64,000 bases of DNA from a virus. The stretch is from positions 67,111-131,110 of IMG/VR virus record IMGVR_UViG_3300042922_000923. One strand, given 5' to 3'. Each line of letters opens with the position of its first letter. Within the stretch, counting starts at the first letter, position 1. Shown piece by piece: positions 50,697-58,543 of this stretch. Both the position numbers and the translations under genes were made by a program. The notes below the pieces were generated by a model. It saw only the letters and a program-made list of their open reading frames with translations. It made no database searches and was not told the DNA's origin.

Positions 50697-51155
50697 GTGA
50701 TAAAATTGGATACAAAAACTCATGTTGCAGCTGGAGTTTTGGTAGCATTACCTTTTATTTCAATAACAGATCCCATAAGTACCTTAGGAATAATAGGAAG
50801 CATAGCTCCTGACTGGGACAAAATACTGAAGATAAAACATAGGACATTTACCCACTGTTTAATTTCTTTGTGTGGAAGTTGTGTCTATATGAATTGTATC
50901 AATAATAAATTAGGAATTGTCTGGTTTGTAACTTATTCGAGTCATTTGTTTCTTGATAGCCTTACGGTGCGTGGAGTGCCTTTGTTATATCCATTTAAAA
51001 AGGACACGTATGGACTGAAGCTATTTACTACTGGAAAAAGGTTCGATAAGTGCCTTGAGCTTGCATGTAACTTTGGAAGTGCCTTATATATCATTAGTAA
51101 ACTTGAAGGGACTGCAACTCATATTATAAATAAACTTGCGACAATTATTAAATAG
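50697..51155 (+). CDS. Membrane metal-dependent hydrolase (YdjM-like)
   Basis: TH, APDWD, HRTFTH, SHLFLD and GVPLLYPF motifs. Confidence 0.82.
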   Translation: MIKLDTKTHVAAGVLVALPFISITDPISTLGIIGSIAPDWDKILKIKHRTFTHCLISLCGSCVYMNCINNKLGIVWFVTYSSHLFLDSLTVRGVPLLYPFKKDTYGLKLFTTGKRFDKCLELACNFGSALYIISKLEGTATHIINKLATIIK

Positions 51156-51178
51156 GTGCCTAAACGGTGCCTATTTTT
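51151..51178 (+). terminator. Intrinsic terminator
   Basis: aaataggtgcc-taaac-ggtgcctattttt. Confidence 0.7.
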
Positions 51179-51940
51179 ATTTAGGAAAAATAACGAAAAT
51201 AAAAGAATGCTTTTTCCTATAAGGTGCCTTAGTTTTTTTAATGGAATTTAAAAGGCCAGGGGGGGGAGTATCGGTGCTTAGTGGGTTCGTGGGACTTAAG
51301 AAAATTTATAAACTAATCTAAGAAGCGAAGAAAATCGAGAAGTGAGTAAATAACTAGAGGCGCGGTAGGAATACAAGCACGCTGCATGGGACCCAAAAAT
51401 ATTGTCGAATTTTAGGCCAGGGTGGGTACTTCTTTAAATGGTATAAAGTACTATATAATATAGTTATTGCATTAGTTCAAAATATAAACAGTTATTGAAT
51501 AACTTTTACAGTGTTCAAATAATAAACTAGTATACATTACTTTATAAAGATATATTAAAAAATTAATAAGTAGTATTGTATACTATATTCTTTCATAGAT
51601 CCCGGTAGAAACATTAAGAGTTATTATATACTACATTGTACAATAAACAATACTATTATAATTAAAATATAGCCTATTTAAGGCCAGTAAATATTCTTTT
51701 AGTAGAATATACGTTAAATTAATTTTAACGCGTTGTGGAGTCTATAGGATATATTCTATTTAATTCTGTATAGGGTTATATATAGTTTATAGAATTAATT
51801 ATATTGCCTCTCTCGTCCTTCTCCTGCCCTTCTATATAGTTTGTCGTGTGTTATATCCTTTTTAATATTGTCTCCGTAAACGGTCTGTATAATGCATAGA
51901 AAATAATATAAAAATTTCTAATATTTTTTTAAAAAAGGTA

Positions 51941-51969
51941 TTGACTACGTGTATTATTGGTAGTATACT
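51941..51969 (+). promoter_or_regulatory. Sigma-A early promoter P1
   Basis: TTGACT-N17-TATACT with upstream A/T tracts. Confidence 0.8.
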
Positions 51970-52061
51970 TAGTTCATAAGCAAGGGACAAACACAAAATA
52001 CAAATTACTTAATAACTTGTTTATGACAGTTTTACACCAAAAAATATTTTTAAAAAAGATA

Positions 52062-52090
52062 TTGACAACGTGTAAGATTGGGATTATAAT
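52062..52090 (+). promoter_or_regulatory. Sigma-A early promoter P2 (perfect consensus)
   Basis: TTGACA-N17-TATAAT with upstream A/T tracts. Confidence 0.9.
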
Positions 52091-52139
52091 AATAACATAG
52101 ACAACAAGGGAGCGACAAAATGTATTAGCGATAGTAAGC

Positions 52140-52152
52140 AGTTCTTTGACAA
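52140..52152 (+). promoter_or_regulatory. Putative rrn-type boxA antitermination element
   Basis: AGTTCTTTGACAA about 45 nt after the P2 start region; resembles Firmicute rrn boxA (GTTCTTTGAAAA). Confidence 0.55.
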
Positions 52153-52267
52153 TTGAATTAAGATTTTAGAAATAGAAATTTTGCGTTTCTATTAAGTTTA
52201 AATTGAAACTAAAATCTTTTAAATTAAATTAAATTCTTTATAGATTCATTATACAGTATATTCTGTA

Positions 52268-52587
52268 TAGTGAGTTTATATAAGGGTATTCAAAATTTAA
52301 ATTATTGGAGTTGATTTTATGAATAAATTACAATTTTTAGATAGAGAATACATAAAAAATGAGGTTATAAGACTTTTTAAAAATTCTATATATAAGCCTT
52401 TTAAATTTTCAGTTAATTTATTTAATAATACAGTGTGGGTATATTGTAACATACTAGAAACAAATAAATTCAGCGAAAAAATGATTAATATAGAATTACA
52501 GTTTACTAATTCAAATGAATTAAAGTTTGGAAAAGTAATTGAAAGTGCATTTTAATACCTATTGAATACCCTTATACAAACTCACTA
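52268..52587. repeat. 26-bp inverted repeat pair flanking ORF 52319-52555
   Basis: 52268-52293 tagtgagtttatataagggtattcaa versus 52562-52587 ttgaatacccttatacaaactcacta; 25/26 complementary. Confidence 0.9.
52319..52555 (+). CDS. Early hypothetical protein
   Basis: ORF with GGAG RBS. Confidence 0.65.
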   Translation: MNKLQFLDREYIKNEVIRLFKNSIYKPFKFSVNLFNNTVWVYCNILETNKFSEKMINIELQFTNSNELKFGKVIESAF

Positions 52588-52619
52588 GTGAGTAAATAAG
52601 AATAAAAGGAGATGCATGT

Positions 52620-52885
52620 ATATGTTATATGTTACAATGACTGATAAATTTATGAGTGGTTGGGGGCCTTGTGAAAATAAGATTAATAAATTAATATTTG
52701 AGTGTGAAAATAGAGAAGAGGCAGACATAGTTATGACTAATGCAGAAAATAGAGGCGATATGAAAAACATAAATTTAGCAACTAAAAAGCCTTATTACTC
52801 AACCTCTAGATACTACGCTCAAACTAAAAATAAAGAGGAATACCCTTCATGGTATAAACAAGGGTTTTTCAAAAAAGATAACTAG
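52620..52885 (+). CDS. Early hypothetical protein (start approximate)
   Basis: YVTMTDKFMSGWG; AAGGAG RBS; stop codon lies in hammerhead stem I. Confidence 0.65.
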
Positions 52886-52941
52886 CCTGACGAGTCTTTG
52901 AAAATTAAGACGAAACTGGAGAAGCTTCTCCAGTCGCTAGT
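52881..52941 (+). ncRNA. Hammerhead ribozyme, type I (HH1)
   Basis: ACUAGC-CUGACGA-GUCUU/AAGAC-GAAA-CUGGAGA/UCUCCAG-UC^GCUAGU; GUC cleavage triplet, predicted cut after 52935. Confidence 0.93.
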
Positions 52942-52976
52942 AATAGCAAGAATTTAATTTAAGGAGATGCATTAAC

Positions 52977-53339
52977 ATGAGTTTAAAAGAAAGATTTGAG
53001 GAAGTTCAAGAAAATATTAATAATTATGACAGAACAGAGGCTGTTGAAAACTTAAAGAGTATTGCTTCAGATTATGGACAAGAAAGAGAAGTTGATAGCT
53101 TTATTCATACCGATGACGTTGACGATTTTGTGGAAAGGCGTTTTCAGTCAGGAGGTTGGCAAGGTGTAGCATGTTGTTTAACTGACTTAATTCATAATCA
53201 AAGTGATGACTATTATAATATAGATGGTTACGAAAATTTAGAGTTAGTTACAGTCGATTTGCTACAAAATACTCTAGATGATTTAAAAAGAGCTTTATCT
53301 GATGAACTTGAAGAAGAAGAGGAAGAAGAACTCGACTAG
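52977..53339 (+). CDS. Highly acidic early protein
   Basis: D/E-rich, ends in EEEEEELD. Confidence 0.75.
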   Translation: MSLKERFEEVQENINNYDRTEAVENLKSIASDYGQEREVDSFIHTDDVDDFVERRFQSGGWQGVACCLTDLIHNQSDDYYNIDGYENLELVTVDLLQNTLDDLKRALSDELEEEEEEELD

Positions 53340-53401
53340 ACGAGTATAAACAGTGTTTAGGTCTAGTGCGTTGTAGAGGCTATAAAGCTTCTACAGGTAC
53401 A
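53330..53401 (+). ncRNA. Pistol ribozyme 1
   Basis: P1 ACUCG/CGAGU, pseudoknot ACUAGA/UCUAGU, AUAAACAG, P2 UGU/ACA, GCGUU, P3 hairpin, AGG^U (cut 53397/53398). Confidence 0.9.
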
Positions 53402-53430
53402 AAGAATTTAATTTAAAAGGAGATGTTTTT

Positions 53431-54060
53431 ATGAATATGACAGCTGAAACAACTAAATATATAAACTTTGGTGATGAAAACCCACTTAGCTATTATGGTA
53501 TCTGGTTAAGAAAAGATTCTGATAACGAAAAGTGTTTTGATATTGTAAAAGTAGATAATTTAGAGTGGTGCAGTGGTTCGACTGAAAATAGATATAGGCT
53601 TGAAGAAGGTTCTATTGACATTACTGATGATTGGATTAACTGGTCTGAGGTCTATAATTGTTATGACTTAAATGATGAATCTAGTGATGAAGAAAAGGCA
53701 ATTTCAGCAGTTCAAAATTATACTATTCTTGAATTTGGTTCTACAAAAGACGTAAAAACAACAAGAGAAGCTTTGAAGTTCCTAGAGGAACATGAAATAG
53801 TCCTTGGTGAAACTGTAGAAGATTATGAAAAGAGAATTGCTTCTGAGGTATTTGACATTTTAAACGATGCAGTAATGACTCTAGGAACTAATACAAATGA
53901 TTCCTTTATAGAAGATGAAGAGGAACTAAAGGAAGCTCAAAAGTTATTAAAACAACTTGAAGAGGAAGAAGAGAATCAAGAAGAATTATGTGATAAATAC
54001 AATTATGAACTTGATGACATTAAAGAGTATATAAGCGATACTTATGGAATGAAATATTAA
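53431..54060 (+). CDS. Acidic early protein
   Basis: 209-aa D/E-rich ORF with the conserved leader. Confidence 0.75.
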   Translation: MNMTAETTKYINFGDENPLSYYGIWLRKDSDNEKCFDIVKVDNLEWCSGSTENRYRLEEGSIDITDDWINWSEVYNCYDLNDESSDEEKAISAVQNYTILEFGSTKDVKTTREALKFLEEHEIVLGETVEDYEKRIASEVFDILNDAVMTLGTNTNDSFIEDEEELKEAQKLLKQLEEEEENQEELCDKYNYELDDIKEYISDTYGMKY

Positions 54061-54061
54061 A

Positions 54062-54131
54062 ACTCGACTATGCGAGTATAAATAGACCTTAAGCATAGTG
54101 CGTTATGGAGAATAACTTCTCCATAGGTGGT
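54062..54131 (+). ncRNA. Pistol ribozyme 2
   Basis: P1 ACUCG/CGAGU, pseudoknot ACUAUG/CAUAGU, P2 ACC/GGU, P3 AUGGAGAA/UUCUCCAU; cut 54127/54128. Confidence 0.9.
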
Positions 54132-54170
54132 AGTAATACCAAAAAGAATTTAATTTAAGGAGACGATATT

Positions 54171-54551
54171 ATGAAACTTGAAAAAGCTTTGGAAAATTTT
54201 AAAAATGAAAATAAGGAAAATTGGTTAATTACTTGTGTTGTTTGTGACATAGAGGATAAAGAACCAGAAGACCAACAAAGTTATATACATGACGTAATTA
54301 ATAATGGTTGTGAAAGTGGTATAGTGGGGTATCTTATATACTACACAGATACAGACGAATTTTTTGCTAAACATTATAAAGATATTCTTGAATTGATAAA
54401 CAATTATAGAGAGGAAACTGGAGAAGTACCAAACCTTTCTGAGTGGAATGCAGAAAAATTATCATGGTTTGCATATGAAAGAGCTATGTATCTATTAAAT
54501 GAATACTTAGAAGGATACGATATATCAGACGAAGATGAAGAACTCGACTAG
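54171..54551 (+). CDS. Acidic early protein
   Basis: GCESGIVGYLIYYTDT motif; acidic C-terminus ending EELD. Confidence 0.75.
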   Translation: MKLEKALENFKNENKENWLITCVVCDIEDKEPEDQQSYIHDVINNGCESGIVGYLIYYTDTDEFFAKHYKDILELINNYREETGEVPNLSEWNAEKLSWFAYERAMYLLNEYLEGYDISDEDEELD

Positions 54552-54614
54552 GCGAGTATAAATAGAACTTAAGCCTAGTGCGTTGGGGATAAGTGCGTAT
54601 AGATCCCCAGGTGT
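54542..54614 (+). ncRNA. Pistol ribozyme 3
   Basis: Pseudoknot ACUAGG/CCUAGU, P3 GGGGAU/AUCCCC; cut 54611/54612. Confidence 0.9.
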
Positions 54615-54644
54615 AAGAATTTAATTTAAAAGGAGAAGATTATC

Positions 54645-54983
54645 ATGAGTCAAAATTCAGTAGTAGAAGGAACAGTAATTAACTTATATGTGTTTGATTC
54701 AGCAGGAATACATGAAAAGCTTGCTAAAAAGTATAATGCATTAGTTAGATTCAGAAATAAGAAAACAATCCTTGAAAATGGTTGTTTAAATGCTGAAATA
54801 GAGTGCATTAGATACGTGAGAAAAGCAATAGAAAAGTCTTTTTGGGACACTAGAGATAGCATAGAGATAGTTACTAAGAACTATGGAACTTTTACAACTA
54901 GTAAGCCTGAGGAAATAAAAATTGATAGAAAGTATAATACTATAGAGTTTGGGAACTACTTCAATATACTTGATTGTAACTAG
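54645..54983 (+). CDS. Early hypothetical protein
   Basis: ORF with the conserved leader; stop codon in hammerhead stem I. Confidence 0.7.
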   Translation: MSQNSVVEGTVINLYVFDSAGIHEKLAKKYNALVRFRNKKTILENGCLNAEIECIRYVRKAIEKSFWDTRDSIEIVTKNYGTFTTSKPEEIKIDRKYNTIEFGNYFNILDCN

Positions 54984-55040
54984 CCTGACGAGTCTTTGAA
55001 AATTAAGACGAAACTGGAGAAGTCATTCTCTAGTCGCTAG
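54980..55040 (+). ncRNA. Hammerhead ribozyme, type I (HH2)
   Basis: CUAGC-CUGACGA-GUCUU/AAGAC-GAAA-CUGGAGAA/UUCUCUAG-UC^GCUAG; predicted cut after 55035. Confidence 0.93.
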
Positions 55041-55078
55041 AAGATAGCAGAGAATTTAATTTAAAAGGAGAAGATAAT

Positions 55079-55624
55079 ATGTTAAAAATTAATGTAAAAG
55101 GTATTGAAATAGCAATAGACTATAGTAAAGGTATAGAAGAAACTATGCTAATTACAGCTAATGGAAAATATATTCATAACTTAGAGTTAATTATTCAAGA
55201 AGATTACATTCTCTTTACATGGACATGTAGACAACATAAAGAGACAGTAATAAATATTAATAATGGACAACACATTGATAAAAACCTAGCTAGTTTTAAT
55301 GATTTCTTAGCTGATTATTTTACTATTACAAAAGAGAATAGTCTAGATGCAGATTGTGTTATGAACAGTCATAGGGTTGCACTAAAAGAAATTATTGTAA
55401 TTATGGAACAAGTTTTTATGCTTATAACTAAGGATTTATGCAAAAAAGAAGAACAGTTTATGCTAGAACTTAAAGACGATACTGCTAAAAATTCACTTCT
55501 AGAAGCAATAAGAATGTATCAACATTGGTTAAGTGAAGCGAATATGTCAGCTGATGAAGAAGAAGAGACAGAGGGTTATGCTGATTCACTAGAAGATATA
55601 GAAAAACAATTAACACACGACTAG
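55079..55624 (+). CDS. Early hypothetical protein with acidic C-terminus
   Basis: ORF with the conserved leader. Confidence 0.72.
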   Translation: MLKINVKGIEIAIDYSKGIEETMLITANGKYIHNLELIIQEDYILFTWTCRQHKETVININNGQHIDKNLASFNDFLADYFTITKENSLDADCVMNSHRVALKEIIVIMEQVFMLITKDLCKKEEQFMLELKDDTAKNSLLEAIRMYQHWLSEANMSADEEEETEGYADSLEDIEKQLTHD

Positions 55625-55683
55625 GCGTGTATAAATAGAGTTTAAGCCTAGTGCGTTATGGAGAATAACTTCTCCATAGGTAC
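55615..55683 (+). ncRNA. Pistol ribozyme 4
   Basis: P1 ACACG/CGUGU (compensatory), pseudoknot ACUAGG/CCUAGU; cut 55680/55681. Confidence 0.9.
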
Positions 55684-55714
55684 AAAGAATTTAATTTAAA
55701 AGGAGAAGATTATT

Positions 55715-56338
55715 ATGAAAAATTATATGCAAACTGAGACTTATATGGAACATTGTATAGAGGAATTTTATGACATATTAGAACAAGAAAGAGAATCTAA
55801 ATTACAGGACTTTCTAGACGTTGAATTTAATAAAAGTACTGAATTAGATATACTTTTAACTTTTGATGCTTTAATAGTACTATGTCGTGATAAGTATAAA
55901 GACTTCTTTGAAAAAACAAAAAAAGAATATGTTCATAGTTTATGTACTACTCTATCTGATGAAAATTGTGCAGAAATATTTAATGCTTATCGTGAGTACG
56001 AAACCGTTGAGTATACTAAGTATGAAGATGGAACAGACGTAACTTATTGTAATTATTGTGGAAAGCCTCTACTTAGAGATTCTGACATAAGATTTATAGA
56101 AGGTGATGGTTCTTATTGCTACGAACAAATAAAAGAAGTAAAAGATATATCAATAACTTGTATTGGTAAAGAATTATTGAACTGTGGTTATTCAGAGAAG
56201 GATATAATGTTTATGATAGGACCAGATTACAATGAATATTCAGAGGCTATATCTAGTGAAGAAGGTTTTGATAGTTATAACTTCTTATGTGAAAATGGTT
56301 ATGCAATGCCAGAAATATTCTGTACAACTGCTGAATAA
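55715..56338 (+). CDS. Acidic early protein with CxxC
   Basis: 207 aa; CNYCG motif. Confidence 0.72.
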   Translation: MKNYMQTETYMEHCIEEFYDILEQERESKLQDFLDVEFNKSTELDILLTFDALIVLCRDKYKDFFEKTKKEYVHSLCTTLSDENCAEIFNAYREYETVEYTKYEDGTDVTYCNYCGKPLLRDSDIRFIEGDGSYCYEQIKEVKDISITCIGKELLNCGYSEKDIMFMIGPDYNEYSEAISSEEGFDSYNFLCENGYAMPEIFCTTAE

Positions 56339-56346
56339 TATAAGAA

Positions 56347-56415
56347 ACACGACTAGGCGTGTATAAATAGAGTTTAGGCCTAGTGCGTTATGGAGAATAG
56401 CTTCTCCATAGGTAC
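56347..56415 (+). ncRNA. Pistol ribozyme 5
   Basis: Near-identical to pistol 4; cut 56412/56413. Confidence 0.9.
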
Positions 56416-56446
56416 AAAGAATTTAATTTAAAAGGAGAAGATTATT

Positions 56447-56872
56447 ATGAATACTGTTGTAGTAAATAGCTATGAATCTAATTTTACAGTGGAGTTTGAA
56501 AACTTACAAAAGGTTATAAAAAAAGAAGGTTGGCAGAGTGTAAAATACTTCTTAGACAATTACACTTATGACGATGGAGAAGACATTTATAATATATGTA
56601 GGTCTAATGGTTATGTTATAGATGAAAGTTTGACTAACGAGTGTCTAAGAAAATTAATTAAAGAAGATTATATTGTTAGAAATGAAAATCCTTGTTTTTT
56701 AAAACATGATTATCTTATAACAATATATAGCTATAAAGATGGAATGTATATAACTGATTGTAGTATTGATGCAGGAGAATTTTCAAGTACTATTGAGGAA
56801 GTTGAAAATATGCTACTTAGTGCTGGATTCAAAAGCATAGGATTACAAACTCGACTAGGCGAGGATAAATAG
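56447..56872 (+). CDS. Early hypothetical protein
   Basis: ORF reads into pistol 6 (…QTRLGEDK*). Confidence 0.7.
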   Translation: MNTVVVNSYESNFTVEFENLQKVIKKEGWQSVKYFLDNYTYDDGEDIYNICRSNGYVIDESLTNECLRKLIKEDYIVRNENPCFLKHDYLITIYSYKDGMYITDCSIDAGEFSSTIEEVENMLLSAGFKSIGLQTRLGEDK

Positions 56873-56922
56873 GACTTAAGCCTAGTGCGTTAGATAGGAT
56901 CTATATGGTTCTATCTAGGTGT
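56849..56922 (+). ncRNA. Pistol ribozyme 6
   Basis: P1 CUCG/CGAG, pseudoknot ACUAGG/CCUAGU, P3 AGAUAGGAUC/GGUUCUAUCU; cut 56919/56920. Confidence 0.85.
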
Positions 56923-56953
56923 AAGAATTTAATTTAAAAGGAGATGTATTAAT

Positions 56954-57415
56954 ATGAGTAAAGTTTATGTTGTAGAATGTCCAGAATTTAATGATTTTTT
57001 AGGTATGTTTGAAGAGGAAGAACTACGAGAAGAGACTTGTAGTATTTGTGGTAGTTCTTTATTTGTAAGAGATACTTGCACTGGTGATGAATATATTTGT
57101 GCTGATTGTGGTGATAAGATTGTAAAAAATCATATGGAAGCAAAGGAGCTTGATAGTGTTACAGGATACCCAGAGTGGATACTAGCAATATTAAGAGAGT
57201 CTGTTAACATTGATAGATATGATACGCAACATGATGAAGAATTTAATACTAAGTGGTCTAAAGACGAAGTGTTTGATTCTGTTATGAGGTATGAAGCAAC
57301 GTATAATCCTACTAAAATTAAGGAATTTATAAGAGATATATATGGCGTAGATTTATTTACTAAAAATCCAAAAGATGACACTAAATTATGTCTTGACACT
57401 TATAAACTACGTTAA
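56954..57415 (+). CDS. Early protein with zinc-ribbon-like motif
   Basis: CSICG...CADCG. Confidence 0.72.
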   Translation: MSKVYVVECPEFNDFLGMFEEEELREETCSICGSSLFVRDTCTGDEYICADCGDKIVKNHMEAKELDSVTGYPEWILAILRESVNIDRYDTQHDEEFNTKWSKDEVFDSVMRYEATYNPTKIKEFIRDIYGVDLFTKNPKDDTKLCLDTYKLR

Positions 57416-57425
57416 AAGTGTGAAG

Positions 57426-57493
57426 AGTCGTTGCAACGACTATAAACAGACCTTAGGTTGCAAGCGTTGAAGAGGTTAACCTCTTCAGGTGGT
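57426..57493 (+). ncRNA. Pistol ribozyme 7 (most divergent copy)
   Basis: P1 AGUCG/CGACU, pseudoknot UUGCAA/UUGCAA, P2 ACC/GGU, P3 GAAGAGG/CCUCUUC; cut 57489/57490. Confidence 0.9.
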
Positions 57494-57523
57494 AAGAATT
57501 TAATTTAAAAGGAGAAGATAAAT

Positions 57524-57787
57524 ATGAAGGAAATAAAGACGTTGATAAGAATTGCTAAGGACTGGGAATATGACTTCAAAGGTGACTTATTAGAAGGTAT
57601 TTTAGATAATGAGAGTATTAAATCATTTTTAGACACTCTAATTGATGAATGGATACCTGAATGGAAAGAAGAAAATCCTGAAAATGAAGAGATGTATGAT
57701 AGATATAGTTGCAGACTAGAAGCTTTAAATAAAGAAGTAATAGAAGAAGAATATGCAGTTATTCAAGAACTTATAGCATTATCTTAG
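57524..57787 (+). CDS. Small acidic early protein
   Basis: D/E-rich ORF with the conserved leader. Confidence 0.72.
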   Translation: MKEIKTLIRIAKDWEYDFKGDLLEGILDNESIKSFLDTLIDEWIPEWKEENPENEEMYDRYSCRLEALNKEVIEEEYAVIQELIALS

Positions 57788-57795
57788 ATGTAGAG

Positions 57796-58014
57796 GTGAG
57801 TATTATGAATAAGTCTAATTGGTTAATTGAAGGTCTAGAGTATGCTAAAAGGAATAAAATAGTTAGTTTTGTTATTGTAGGCTGCAAGTTAAAATATGCA
57901 ACAACTTATCCAGTAGAAGGAAGTTTTAAGCACATAATCGACTTAGAAAACAATAGCGAAACTGTAATTCCATTAAAGGGAATAATAAAGAGTGGAATTT
58001 ATAACATTGGATAA
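57796..58014 (+). CDS. Small hypothetical protein
   Basis: ORF with GAGGTG; start at 57796 or 57805. Confidence 0.6.
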   Translation: MSIMNKSNWLIEGLEYAKRNKIVSFVIVGCKLKYATTYPVEGSFKHIIDLENNSETVIPLKGIIKSGIYNIG

Positions 58015-58032
58015 ATAAATATTTTTTTACCA

Positions 58033-58061
58033 TTGACTACGTGTAAAAATGGGAGTATAAT
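58033..58061 (+). promoter_or_regulatory. Internal sigma-A early promoter P3
   Basis: TTGACT-N17-TATAAT; spacer begins ACGTGTA as in P1 and P2. Confidence 0.85.
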
Positions 58062-58094
58062 AAAAGCATATTAAGAGATTGGAGATGTTGATAA

Positions 58095-58472
58095 ATGAGT
58101 AATATAACAGAAATTTTAGAAAGAGAATATAAAAAGGCTACATGTGACAAGAAAGTGCTAGTGGAAAAAGCTACAGCAAGACTAAGAACTCTTAGCATCA
58201 ATTTCAAATCATTTTTAAGAACTAAACAGTTACCAGCAAGAGAGTTTCCTAAAAGCTTATTCCATTATCAAGGTGTACAACATAGCTTTAATTTTAAAAT
58301 AAAGGATTCAGGAAATACTATTGAGGTTTGTATGTATACTATCGACATTGATAATTCAAATAATAATAGTACACAAACGTATAAAATAAGTAGTTTAAGT
58401 GATATTGATAACGAAAAATTTGATTCATGGGTATTATCTAATGCAATGGAACAATTCTTTAGAGAAAATTAA
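58095..58472 (+). CDS. Early hypothetical protein
   Basis: ORF with GGAG after P3. Confidence 0.7.
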   Translation: MSNITEILEREYKKATCDKKVLVEKATARLRTLSINFKSFLRTKQLPAREFPKSLFHYQGVQHSFNFKIKDSGNTIEVCMYTIDIDNSNNNSTQTYKISSLSDIDNEKFDSWVLSNAMEQFFREN

Positions 58473-58543
58473 ACTCAACTAAGTGAGTATAAATAGTGGT
58501 TAGGCTTAGTGCGTTGGAGAGGTATAGTGCTTCTCCAGGTCCA
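58473..58543 (+). ncRNA. Pistol ribozyme 8
   Basis: P1 ACUCA/UGAGU, pseudoknot ACUAAG/CUUAGU, P2 UGG/CCA, P3 GGAGAGGUA/UGCUUCUCC; cut 58539/58540. Confidence 0.9.

Noticed and set aside
53370-58540. Intergenic hairpins read as intrinsic terminators
   Set aside because: They are followed by AGGU or GUC rather than U-tracts and fit as pistol P3 or hammerhead stem III
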